From Andalucia godoyi And28 (lineage: Eukaryota; Protista; Jakobida), in contig VRVR01000030.1 of the NCBI GenBank assembly GCA_009859145.1, forward strand, positions 115,097 to 179,096: 64,000 nt of DNA, in the 5' to 3' direction. Positions 33,892-44,679 of the stretch are shown piece by piece (within the stretch, counting starts at the first letter, position 1; every line of letters starts with the position of its first letter). Below the pieces are notes generated by a model. The model ran no database searches and was not told the origin of the DNA. It saw only the letters and a list, made by a program, of their open reading frames with translations. The position numbers and the translations under genes are program-made.

Positions 33892-34476
33892 TACGACCGC
33901 GCAGCCCATGTGTGAAATTACCAAGACCGATGCAACCCGTATGCTATATCGGCGCGTGCATTTGGGCTGGGGGACTTGAATGCTTTTCGCGGCGACTGGG
34001 AGATTGGGGAAAAACTATGAACGGGCTTTGGGAATTGAGATCGGGACTTTTTTTTGGGCAATATGAGCATACGGATTAATCAGCTCATACGCTGGCTTTA
34101 AAATTGGACGCTCGTGCAAGAAGACTGCGCTGAGAACAAGGAACTCCGGGTACTTTATTCTTGCATGATCGGCCACCCTTTCGCCAACCAGCGTCTTGAA
34201 TCGGAAGATTGCGATGGTTGTAACCCGGAACCGGAATTCAGATCGGCGAAACGGAAAAAACATGAACCAAAAAGCCAGTGCGTCAGTGCACCTCCGCGCC
34301 TAAAAATAACAGTACTGGGTTGTGGAATGTGATGAGGAGGGGGAATTTGTTTATATAATGGTATGTGCTTGGTTCTTTTCCCTTCTGCAAACTCAACAAT
34401 GCAAAGCAGCAACCGAAACAAAAAAAAACAACAACAAAAAGGTGCTGGATAAGAACGTTGACAGAGAAGAATAGAC

Positions 34477-34983
34477 ATGCCGACGTCGACATCGGCATCC
34501 GATTCCCCTGCCTTGGATGTGACTGAAAAGCCGATGACATGGACTCTTGCGCTTCCGGAGGGCGATCCGTCGCACGACCTGATCAAGTGGGGGCCGTCGT
34601 TGGAGCTTGGAGTGAAGATGATTGATGACCAGCACAAGGTGCTTGTGACAATTCTGAATCGGATCGCAGAGTACTTGGCGGATGGCGTGGAGCCGTGGGT
34701 AGTGGGTGTCGTGATTCAGGAGTTAGAGACGTACACACATCTACATTTTTCATGCGAAGAGCAGTTGATGCATCGGTACGGGTACAAGGAGGAGGAGAGC
34801 CACGAAAAGAAGCATCACTGGTTCATCCAACAGTTGCGGGAAGCATGCGAACGGTACAAGAACGGAGACTCGGTGCAGGTGGTTCGCGAACTCAAGACTT
34901 TCCTTAAAGACTGGCTCACAACGCACATCCTCAGCTCCGATCGCGAACTCGCAAAGTTTCTCAATGCCAAGGGTGTCAAATAG
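34477..34983 (+). CDS. Hemerythrin (bacteriohemerythrin-like, single domain)
   Basis: IDDQHK, HFSCEE.LM, H..KH..F, WL..HIL..D di-iron ligand pattern complete. Confidence 0.9.
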   Translation: MPTSTSASDSPALDVTEKPMTWTLALPEGDPSHDLIKWGPSLELGVKMIDDQHKVLVTILNRIAEYLADGVEPWVVGVVIQELETYTHLHFSCEEQLMHRYGYKEEESHEKKHHWFIQQLREACERYKNGDSVQVVRELKTFLKDWLTTHILSSDRELAKFLNAKGVK

Positions 34984-35371
34984 GCATAGTTAACAGTAGA
35001 TCTCCTTCGTGCTTCGCGCTGTTCCCAGTAGCAAGCGTCGATCAGTATTTTGCTTTTTATGTTTAAAAATAATTCAATAAAAGAAACACAAACACGAACG
35101 GCTTTTTGATGCCAGCCTCTGCCGCAAAAACAAACCAGGAAACTGCTGTAGAGTAGGGCACAATACAAAAAGCAATAAGAATGAAACAGTGGGCGGTTTG
35201 TGGGCTTTCCCAATTCCCATTTGGCTTATTTACCTATTTATTTTATTTATATTATTTTGGATGCATTTGTTTAATTTGTTAATTAGTTTATAGATTTTTG
35301 CAGTTGTTCGTATTAGTGGGTATACTACTTATTTGTTTGTTTGGTCATCAGCTTCTGAACCGGGTAGGGAA

Positions 35372-35959
35372 ATGTCAAAGTCGACGGTGAAGGATGCGAT
35401 TAAGAAGTGGGAAGATAAACATCCGGACCAGAAAGCTGTGGACTCGGAGGTTGTGAAGCTGTATGGAATGATGCCTCCGTTGGACAAATGCGATGGGATC
35501 CAAGTCTTGAAGAATGTTCGTCAGCTTTCGCTTTCCACAAACTGCATTGAAAAGATCTCGAACTTGCAAGGATTGGACAAGCTGGAGATTCTTTCTCTTG
35601 GAAGAAACAACATTAAGAATTTGGGTGGTTTGGAAGCAGTGTCGGACACTTTGCAGCAGCTTTGGATTAGTTACAACAACATTGAAAAGCTGAATGGAAT
35701 TGAAAAGATGAAAAATCTGAGGATTCTGTACATGGCGAACAACAAGGTTGCGTCTTGGGCGGAATTCGAGAGATTGAAGCAGCTCCCTGTGCTGGAAGAA
35801 CTGCTCTTCACGGGAAATCCGCTGGAGCGAACACACTTTGAGCAAGGCGATTGGCGCTTGCAGGTCATCCGCAGACTGCCAAGTCTCAAGAAACTCGATG
35901 GAAAACCGATCGATCCCGAAGAAAGAGAGGCTGCACAGGGAGGAGAAGCATCGGCTTGA
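35372..35959 (+). CDS. DNAL1: Axonemal outer-arm dynein light chain 1 (LC1)
   Basis: [52 protein letters not shown]. Confidence 0.93.
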   Translation: MSKSTVKDAIKKWEDKHPDQKAVDSEVVKLYGMMPPLDKCDGIQVLKNVRQLSLSTNCIEKISNLQGLDKLEILSLGRNNIKNLGGLEAVSDTLQQLWISYNNIEKLNGIEKMKNLRILYMANNKVASWAEFERLKQLPVLEELLFTGNPLERTHFEQGDWRLQVIRRLPSLKKLDGKPIDPEEREAAQGGEASA

Positions 35960-36277
35960 TGATTCACGCATTTTTTTGTACAAAAAGAAAAGAAAAGATA
36001 AAGATAAACAACAAAATAAACAAAACAAGAAGAAGCATCCCACTTCGTCATCTGATCATTTCCTTGTGTGTTGTTGCTCTTCGTTTTGAAGCCTGCAGAA
36101 TCTCTGCTCACGTTGTACGCCAATATGGAAAAAAACAGACAAGCCAGACAGACAAACAAATCAGTTTATTATCAAATGAATGACACGAACATGATGATAG
36201 TACACACGGCGACACACGGCGACACACACACACACACACACACACAACAGAGAGAGGGAGGATGCCCTCTCGATTCC

Positions 36278-39010
36278 TTACTTGGTGCCGAATTCCGCAG
36301 GAACATGCACAGAGTTGATCTTCCACACCTCTTTTGCATATTCGTGGATCGTACGATCCGACGAGAACTTTCCGGAACGCACCGAGGAAAGGATGGATCG
36401 TCGGTTCCATTCATATCGATCGAGATAAACACGGTCAACCTCAGACTGCTGCTCGAGATACGATGCAAAGTCGGCTTGGACCAGATAAAAGTCGTTGGGA
36501 GACGTGATGGAATCAATCACGGGGACAAAGAGTTCCGCAGGACCGAAAACTCCTCGGTCGATCAGCGCCAGAACGCGCTGAAGTCGCGGGTGCTTGGGAA
36601 TTTCGTTTCTGCGCATCTTATCGCGGACATCCTGAATTTCATGCGCCTTGGCACCAAACACAAACATGTTCTCTGCACCAATTTCCTCGCGGATTTCCAC
36701 ATTGGCACCATCAAGGGTTCCGATAATCAAAGATCCGTTCATGGAAAACTTCATATTGGAAGTTCCCGATGCTTCGGTTCCCGCAGTCGAGATGTGCTGA
36801 GACAGCTCGGCAGCTGGGATCATGACTTCGGCAACAGACACATTGTAGTTCGGAATGAAAAACACCTGCAAGAGGCCGCGGCAGTCTGGGTCGTCATTGA
36901 CAACCTGCGCAACTGCGTTGATCAGTTTGATGATGCGCTTCGCCATTGCATATCCTGGCGCAGCTTTTCCACCAAAGAAAATGGTGCGCGGAACAATCTT
37001 GTCTAGGGACAGTCCAGACGATCCCAGCGGCAAGGCGTCCACAGACGACTCCAGCGCAGACGAGTTTGCAGAGCCGCTGCTGCCCGATCGGTCCCGCTTC
37101 AGAGACTTGATGCGGTCATAACGCTCAATAACCGAAAGAATATTCAACAGTTGACGCTTGTACTCGTGAATACGCTTAATGTGCATGTCGAACAAGGAGT
37201 CCGGATTGACATCCAGCACAAAATGCTTCTTCATGTACGTCGCGAGGCGGACTTTGTTGTGACGCTTCACCATCTCCCATTCCATCTGGAAATCCGGGTT
37301 TTCGGCCTCTCCTTGGAGTCGCTTCAGCAACGAAACATCCGTAATCCACTTGCGACGGAGCTCTGTGGGCAACCACGAGTCAAAGATCTGAGCGATACCC
37401 GGGTTCGACCAGGCAATCCAACGGCGAGGTGTGACGCCATTCGTCTTGCAATTGAACTTTGCCGGCCACATTTCATAAAAGTACCGGAAAACGCTCTTCT
37501 TCAGGATATCTGTATGGATCTCTGCAACACCGTTCACCGAGAAAGAGCCGACAATGGCAAGATTGGCCATGCGCACGGAGCGATGGAAGCCTTCCTCAAT
37601 GACAGACATCGATCGGCGACGCTCCACATCTTCCGGCCAGATCCGATCGACCTCTTGCAAGAATCGCCAGTTGATATCGTAGATGATCTCCAGGTGTCGT
37701 GGCAACAGGCGACCGATCAGATCCACCGACCAGCGCTCGAGTGCCTCTGGCAGCACAGTATGGTTGGTGAATGCAAAGCATCGGCGGGTAATGTCCCACG
37801 CGGTCTCAAACACCAGCTTCTCTTCATCAATCAACAAACGCATCATCTCCACAACAGAGATGGTCGGGTGAGTATCATTCAAGTGGATCACCACCTTGTC
37901 TGGAAGCGTCGTCCATGGCTCCGATGTACGCTTGAAACGTCGGAGAATGTCTTGCAGCGTTGCAGAAGAAAAGAAGAACTGCTGGCGGAGACGGAGCTCC
38001 TTCCCAGCGTCTGTCGAGTCATTTGGATACAGCACTGCCGTGATGTTCTCTGAGCGCTGCTTGGACTCGATGGCGGAGAAGTAGTTACCCTGGTTGAATG
38101 AGGACAGATCAAACTCCCGATCGGGGCGGGCGGCCCACAGACGAATGTTCGAGCATGTTTTGGTTCCAAAGCCCGGAACAGGAATGTCGTACGCAACCGC
38201 AAACACGGATTCTCCCGAATCCCAACGCTTGCGAACTGACCCGTCTGCAGGATCAGTGTAATCAACCACGGAGCCGTAGAAACCAACCGGATAGTTGATA
38301 TCCAAGCGCTGAATCTCCCAAGCATTTCCATGCGTGAGCCAGTAATCGGGGTGCTCGGTCTGGAAGCCGTTACGGATCTGCTGCTCAAACATTCCGTACT
38401 GGTACCGCAGACCATATCCCCACACCGGATAGTCCAACGTGGCACACGAATCCATAAAACACGCAGCCAGACGCCCGAGCCCTCCGTTGCCCAATGCAGC
38501 ATCACGCTCGTTTTCAAAGAGGTCTTCCAGCTTGTATCCAAGATCCAGCAGCGCACGCTCGTACGCACCGTCAAGACCCATGTTCATAATCGTGTTCTGC
38601 AACGACCGTCCAAGCAGAAACTCCATGCTCATATAGTATGCACGACGCACGTTCTTCTCGATCATGTAGCCCTGGGTTGCATTCCAGCGTTCGACAAGTC
38701 GGTCATGCAGAGAATACGACGTTGCGAGGTACGTAGAATGCTGGTCAACGTTGAATTTCGTGCGTCCAAGCGTAAACTTCAAATGATGCGCGACTTGTTC
38801 TTCAATAGCTGCAGGATCCACCGGAATCGACTCGGAGAACATCTTCAAAAGTTTCTCGGACGGCTTGTCATAATGTCTCGAAAGCAGGTTGTGACCTCCA
38901 GGCCCAAAGGTACGACCATGGTAGTTCTTGTGCGTAAGCCCGGGAACAAATCCTTCGGGATACCCACTCGGCGACATTGACTGGCGCGGAAGCGAAACTG
39001 GTGTCTCCAT
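36278..39010 (-). CDS. Glycogen/starch phosphorylase
   Basis: YMSMEFLLGR, GNGGLGRLAACF, LRQQFF, HLNDTHP, TNHTVLPEALE, KRIHEYKRQLLN, EASGTSNMKF. Confidence 0.97.
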   Translation of the reverse strand: METPVSLPRQSMSPSGYPEGFVPGLTHKNYHGRTFGPGGHNLLSRHYDKPSEKLLKMFSESIPVDPAAIEEQVAHHLKFTLGRTKFNVDQHSTYLATSYSLHDRLVERWNATQGYMIEKNVRRAYYMSMEFLLGRSLQNTIMNMGLDGAYERALLDLGYKLEDLFENERDAALGNGGLGRLAACFMDSCATLDYPVWGYGLRYQYGMFEQQIRNGFQTEHPDYWLTHGNAWEIQRLDINYPVGFYGSVVDYTDPADGSVRKRWDSGESVFAVAYDIPVPGFGTKTCSNIRLWAARPDREFDLSSFNQGNYFSAIESKQRSENITAVLYPNDSTDAGKELRLRQQFFFSSATLQDILRRFKRTSEPWTTLPDKVVIHLNDTHPTISVVEMMRLLIDEEKLVFETAWDITRRCFAFTNHTVLPEALERWSVDLIGRLLPRHLEIIYDINWRFLQEVDRIWPEDVERRRSMSVIEEGFHRSVRMANLAIVGSFSVNGVAEIHTDILKKSVFRYFYEMWPAKFNCKTNGVTPRRWIAWSNPGIAQIFDSWLPTELRRKWITDVSLLKRLQGEAENPDFQMEWEMVKRHNKVRLATYMKKHFVLDVNPDSLFDMHIKRIHEYKRQLLNILSVIERYDRIKSLKRDRSGSSGSANSSALESSVDALPLGSSGLSLDKIVPRTIFFGGKAAPGYAMAKRIIKLINAVAQVVNDDPDCRGLLQVFFIPNYNVSVAEVMIPAAELSQHISTAGTEASGTSNMKFSMNGSLIIGTLDGANVEIREEIGAENMFVFGAKAHEIQDVRDKMRRNEIPKHPRLQRVLALIDRGVFGPAELFVPVIDSITSPNDFYLVQADFASYLEQQSEVDRVYLDRYEWNRRSILSSVRSGKFSSDRTIHEYAKEVWKINSVHVPAEFGTK

Positions 39011-39613
39011 TGTCGTGTCTTTTGTCTTGTCAAAAATGAATTCCGTGAACAACAGAACAGGACACAGCAACTTTAAAATGAAAGAAATGAAAGAAATGAA
39101 GAAGAAAGACGAGAGAAGCGGCGCAACGAGAAGGAGAGATAGCCAAGCAAAACCACCAAATGAAGAGAAAGAAGATTGAGCAATTAGGCAGAAAAGTAAT
39201 TGAATAATTTAAAAAAAACAAAAAACAAAAACGGGACACATCACACACGTCACATTAGACCAAAATGGGGGAACTTGGGAGGAATCAGACACTCTTCGGA
39301 AAGTGCGTGTTGCGTACAAGATGAGCGTGCAAGATGAGGAGGCCAAGTTCAAGAGTTTGGTATTTCAAGTTTCCCAAAAGTGCAACCTGGTTGTTCCAGG
39401 AATTCACCCACCATTGATGCGAGTTGACATATCCGTAAAATACAGCCGATCGTCCTGGAACAACACTCGTAAGCAGAAACTTTGGTGGACGTTTTTCTGC
39501 GTGTGTGTGTGTGTGTGTGTGTGTGCAAGATGCAGTGCTATTTACAAAGGGCCAATCGACAACGACACTGCGGAAACTTTGCAGTGGAATGCGGAGGGCT
39601 CGGAGAATAAATA

Positions 39614-41500
39614 TTAGACGTCGTCATCATCGACGTCGAGAGCAGCGTGAACTTGAGCAGGAGGACGACGTTGATCGTCAGAGACAGTCATGTTTGAAAA
39701 TGCTGCAGGACGCCATATCTGGAGGGCAGACGATTCTGGAAGATGTATTGCTTTCACGTCGGAGGTCTTTTTTGCATTAGATTGGGAACCGTGGTCTTCC
39801 TCCGCAGGCTCACCGGCCGGCTTTGGGACAGAGGCATCCGAAAACAGTCGCTCATAATCGCCGTGGGACAATACAAGGTCGGACACGGAAAGCACAAGAT
39901 CCAATTCTTGACACGGATGGAAGGACACGTCTTCCACCCCAATCCGATGCCCTTCATGTGAGAACGTGCAATACGGAGGCACATAGTAGTAAGGGTATTC
40001 TTGGTTTCTCGACGATGAGGACCCCGTGCGATTCACACCAGAGAACATGGCATACGTCCGAGAAGAAGAGGCAGCAGCACCAACAGAGACTTCCGATACA
40101 TCGGCCCTTCCTTCCGACGAATTCCACGATGACAAATTGTACATCCGAACGGGACCACGTTGTTCCGAAGCCATGAGCACATGCTGATTATGAGGATGGA
40201 AGTGCAAATGCGTGATCGCAGACTCGGCGCCGAACAACGTCACGGCGCCCTTCAGCGTACTCCTGAACGTCGACTCCTTTGAAGAATCCTCGGACGACGC
40301 GTCCATAATGGACGACAAATGCATGGCAGCTGAATCCCATTTAACGTAGCGATCATCAAGAACCATGACGGTTCCTTTGCGGCTGGTGCCGACCCTCGAA
40401 GATTGTCGTTTTGCTCTTGGCTTGTCAGTTTCTTTCCCGTTGTTGGCATCACCGTTGGACTTGGCGTCTGTTTTTCCTCTGGATGCAGCCCGGCTTGGAG
40501 TGTCCGCTGTTTGTGAATTCGTACTAGCAGAGGCCACAGTGGACGCATTTGTATATGACCCAAAGCCCAGGGCAATTCGATGCGGATCCATCGGACATTG
40601 GGCAATGCAATTGAGAGGCTCGTTAAAGTACCAGCTGGAAACGGACGTGCGCTGACGGGTGTCCCACTTTGCAACCGCACCGGACATGTCAATGGAAATC
40701 AGCGTATGGGGGTCGTGCGGACAGAACGATACCGCAGAAATATTCGACGAGACATGGATATCGGAAGTAAACGAACTTGTAATGGCGACCTTTCCACCAC
40801 TGGACGGAAGTTTCCACACAAACGGGTACGGATCGTCTCCACCACCAGCTGCTTCCAAATTGGAAAACGAAGTCAGCGACGGCGAGTACTGCCCAGAAAT
40901 ATTGCAGCGTACATCGTACGTCCACCATTTTGTCAATGAAATATTCTTCACGTCCAGTGTAGACGAAGACGACGATGTGACGCCGCCGGCAATGGACGGA
41001 ACGAGTTCCCATTCACGGTCCATATTCCATCGAACAGAAGTGCCAGTTTCTTTTCTGGAGTACACCTTGACGACGCATCCAGATTCCGAAGCACACAGGA
41101 ATCCAAACGACTGGGTCTCGGGATTCCGCTGGGGCTCCGCCACGGCAAACATTTTGAAAAATGAGATGGGTGCACTGAACCGATGATCAACGTGCGCATT
41201 CATATGATCATACAATCGACACCCTCCTTTCGCATACAACGATTGTTGGAGATCGGGAAAGTCTTTCCAGCACAATGCCGACGACACCCCGCGAACCGGG
41301 GCCAGCGACTCGCAAAGATAGACAGTTGGTCCGCATACAATTGCAAAATGCGTCGAAATCGAGAATTTATCGTGCTGCCAATAGTATGGAGCAAATTGTG
41401 CAAAGGAGATCGCAGGCTGCACGCACCAATGGTCGAGCCAGTCATACAATATCACTGAGCGATTCTTCCAGAGTGAGTACCGACGGTGCGAAATCGGGTC
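39614..41500 (-). CDS. RBBP4/MSI-family WD40 histone-binding protein (5' end unresolved)
   Basis: Frame extends upstream as RYSLWKNRSVILYDW; HEGHR..VEDVSFHP, LSVSD, LQIWRP. Confidence 0.65.
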   Translation of the reverse strand, partial: DPISHRRYSLWKNRSVILYDWLDHWCVQPAISFAQFAPYYWQHDKFSISTHFAIVCGPTVYLCESLAPVRGVSSALCWKDFPDLQQSLYAKGGCRLYDHMNAHVDHRFSAPISFFKMFAVAEPQRNPETQSFGFLCASESGCVVKVYSRKETGTSVRWNMDREWELVPSIAGGVTSSSSSTLDVKNISLTKWWTYDVRCNISGQYSPSLTSFSNLEAAGGGDDPYPFVWKLPSSGGKVAITSSFTSDIHVSSNISAVSFCPHDPHTLISIDMSGAVAKWDTRQRTSVSSWYFNEPLNCIAQCPMDPHRIALGFGSYTNASTVASASTNSQTADTPSRAASRGKTDAKSNGDANNGKETDKPRAKRQSSRVGTSRKGTVMVLDDRYVKWDSAAMHLSSIMDASSEDSSKESTFRSTLKGAVTLFGAESAITHLHFHPHNQHVLMASEQRGPVRMYNLSSWNSSEGRADVSEVSVGAAASSSRTYAMFSGVNRTGSSSSRNQEYPYYYVPPYCTFSHEGHRIGVEDVSFHPCQELDLVLSVSDLVLSHGDYERLFSDASVPKPAGEPAEEDHGSQSNAKKTSDVKAIHLPESSALQIWRPAAFSNMTVSDDQRRPPAQVHAALDVDDDDV

Positions 41501-42828
41501 GTGGACTTTTAGTTCCGACGTCTGGGAACCCGACGATTGGTTTTGTTTCGGCGGTATCTTTGGCGTTCCAAATAGACAACAAGAAAAATCAATAGCAAAT
41601 CAAACACCCCAACGACAAGCACAAGTTCACAACCAAATCACACAAAGAAGCAATGAGGAAAAAACCGAACTGCGCAAAAAAATAATAATTAATGAAGCAA
41701 AGCAAAGCAAAGCTGGGGAAAATGCTTTCCTGCGAGATTGGCTGAGGCTCGTCGCTCGTTTTCGCAAAAAGTCGTGTCTCAGACTATCCGACTTTGCATC
41801 TACGGATGCTTATTTGTCGATGCCCAACCACTTCATAGTCCATGCAGGTCGACGTAAGGTCCACATCGTGTTGGCGTACGTTGTATTATGAATATAAGTA
41901 TGTGCTTTCTTCTCCTCCATCATTCATTCATCAGGGAATTTCATATCTGACGGGGGAAAAAAAGAGGATGTAAATCGTGCGACGAGTACAGAATGTGCGT
42001 TTAGAAATGTCGTGAGTTATTGGAGACAGTAAGCCGTGATAAACTCTTCAATTTTTTAATTTTTTTTTTAATTTCTTAATAAAAAAAGAAAAAAAAAGAG
42101 AGTTTCGGGCCTGCGGTACTATGATCTCACAGTCGTTTAGCGTCTTGTCTCGCGTTTGATAAATTCGGCTTTCGCCAAACCTGCAAATCCCAAGAAGACC
42201 ACAGAGATAACCCCTGCATACGGTCCACAACACAGAATTTATCTGAAGTGCCTGGAATTCACGACAAGACTTTCAAGAAAAGAGAGGAGAAGAAGAAGAA
42301 CAACAACAACAACAAAAGAACTGAGGAAAAAGAAACCAAAAACGCGAAAAGAAATGGCGGGCCACACGTTTTCTTTCGATGCAGGATTAGAAATGCACGC
42401 TAAATACTCCGTGGCTACTTGAGTTTTGTGCACAAAATGCCCCAGACCGTGTGCACCTTGAGAATAGATAAAAGGCCACACTGGATTTCTTTTCCCTTCT
42501 CGTTTTCATTATCATTTTAAACCTCCTTTTTCCTTGATTTTCTTTTCTTCTTTTTCCTTTACTGCTGTTTGGTTCTTCTTGTTTAATGTTCATGGCTTGA
42601 AACGTAGTAATCGTGCTTATCATCATTATCAACAACAATAGCAACAGCAATAACAACAACAACCGCACCGCATTAGTAACCACGTCGATAAGAACGCCGA
42701 ATAGAAGAAGCAATTTTTTGTGTGCTTACTGTCCCTATTGGAATCTGAGTGTGTTCGTGTTTTGAGATTATTATTTTTTAATTGAGTATCCCTTTGATTT
42801 TTTGATTTTCTGAGGGAGACAAATCATA

Positions 42829-44403
42829 ATGATGGGGAAAAGGCTGCAGATTTCAGTCGCGTTGTTCTCGTTGGTGTCTCTCAGTGCTGTTGTTTATGGA
42901 TCTGTAATGCGGACCTTGAGCAGTGCGCTCGGTCCGATGGGTCTGGAGTTCCGAGAGCTCGAAGTTGCAAATGAATGGAGGCTTTATCCGCTGCTAAACG
43001 AGTATTCTGCCAGCCGGGATTTCAAGTACTTTTATGCAGAGTTGGACCGCGCGTGTCCTTTTTGGGTCCAGGATGTAATGTGCATGTCAAATCCCAACCT
43101 TGGGCTCTCTGCGTGTTCCGTGTGTCCGTGTGAGGATGGCGAATTCCCAAAGGATGAATACGAAGATCCCAAAGTCGATAGATCAATTCTGTTGAGCTCG
43201 TTGAACCAGCAACAATCGCAACAATCGCAACAGCAACAGGCGCAGCAGGGAAGTCCGCCACAGGAAATTCAAACAACGGACCCAAACACGTACCCTACAA
43301 GAACCTCGGAAGATTTGGCATGGGTAACGGAGTCCATGAATCCGAATTGCGTTGCAGCCACTTCGGCAGCTCCTGCTTCTTTTGCAGCGGCGTTCGGTAC
43401 CGCTGGTACGGTGCCGACTGCCACAAAGGGCGTGTGGCTGGATCTGACACGCAACTTGGAGTCAAACACAGGATTTGCTGGAGGAGACGCACGACGAGTT
43501 TGGTATGCGATCTACGCGGAAAATTGCGCTGCATGTGGCGACGAGACATTTTTGAAGCTAGTCTCGGGCCTTCATCATTCAATCACGATTCAGATTGCTC
43601 GAAATTATGCTGCACGCGAAACCGTGGAGGCTGCGCTGCTGGCCGGGCCAAAGACGGAGAAGAAGAAGAATGGCGCCTCCGCTCCAGTCTTGGCTCCCAA
43701 CAGTGCTCCCACAGAGAACTTGTTCGAGGACCTTATGCTCGGCTCGTACTGGGGATACTTTTTGCCTTCAAAGAAACTGTATGTTGACCGTATCCAGCCG
43801 TTCCCCGATCGCTTGCAGAATCTGCTGTTCACGTACGCGTTCGTGCTTCGTGCTATTGACAAACTTGTTCAAATGACTCGTGAAAATCCACACGTCAATC
43901 CGAAGCTTTTCGGTTATTCTGGTGCTCGAATCGCCGCCTTAGAGACGATTTCTGATGCAATTCCCGAAACGCTGCGCGCGTATTCTTTCAGGCTCAACGA
44001 AACCAATGTGGACAGAATGCGCTACCATTTCCGCAACATCACTGACATCATGGACTGTGTCGCCTGTGAAAAGTGCAAGTTGTGGGGGAAGCTTCAGTTC
44101 CTGGGGCTTGGTACTGCGCTGCGGATCATGACTTTCCCATACAGTCCCGGAAAGGACAAGAACGGAATCGCGGCGCCGTGTCTTTCGGTCAATGAACTTG
44201 TTGCGCTGTTGAATATTGCTAGAAAACTCGCAGACTCGGTCGAGTCTGTCCGTCTGATGGACGAGTATCTTGTGCAGGAAGCGACATCTGGGTACGTCTT
44301 TTTTGCCATGCTTGCCAGCTCCTTCGTTGTTGTACTCTATGTTCTGGTGCGCTGCGTCTTGTGCTGTCGACCAAAATCAAAGTCCAAGACCAAGAAATTG
44401 TGA
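42829..44403 (+). CDS. ERO1: ER oxidoreductin 1
   Basis: Signal peptide; CPFW..C..C, ESNTGF, VSGLHHSI, NITDIMDCVACEKCKLWGKLQ..GLGTALRI. Confidence 0.93.
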   Translation: MMGKRLQISVALFSLVSLSAVVYGSVMRTLSSALGPMGLEFRELEVANEWRLYPLLNEYSASRDFKYFYAELDRACPFWVQDVMCMSNPNLGLSACSVCPCEDGEFPKDEYEDPKVDRSILLSSLNQQQSQQSQQQQAQQGSPPQEIQTTDPNTYPTRTSEDLAWVTESMNPNCVAATSAAPASFAAAFGTAGTVPTATKGVWLDLTRNLESNTGFAGGDARRVWYAIYAENCAACGDETFLKLVSGLHHSITIQIARNYAARETVEAALLAGPKTEKKKNGASAPVLAPNSAPTENLFEDLMLGSYWGYFLPSKKLYVDRIQPFPDRLQNLLFTYAFVLRAIDKLVQMTRENPHVNPKLFGYSGARIAALETISDAIPETLRAYSFRLNETNVDRMRYHFRNITDIMDCVACEKCKLWGKLQFLGLGTALRIMTFPYSPGKDKNGIAAPCLSVNELVALLNIARKLADSVESVRLMDEYLVQEATSGYVFFAMLASSFVVVLYVLVRCVLCCRPKSKSKTKKL

Positions 44404-44679
44404 TGATGCACGCTCATAGGGCATTTTCCACTGCCCGTCTCTGTCTGTGGGACAACACCTCGCGGCAAAAGCCAGTTCGCACGGAAGCAGCAGCGCTAAT
44501 TATTTAATTAAAAAATATAGGATATTGAATGATTATATCTATATATACATCTATATATACATATTTTCTACTTCGCCGATTGTTGCTTCTGACCTTCCTT
44601 CTGTTCTGTCTTTTTACTGCTGTTCCGAAATTACATGGATGGATTTTGGCAGACCGATAGGTGGCTGGGGACACGGATA

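Noticed and set aside
42048-42480. Possible small spliced membrane-protein gene on the minus strand
   Set aside because: A hydrophobic exon-like frame exists, but no consistent start or exon chain could be built
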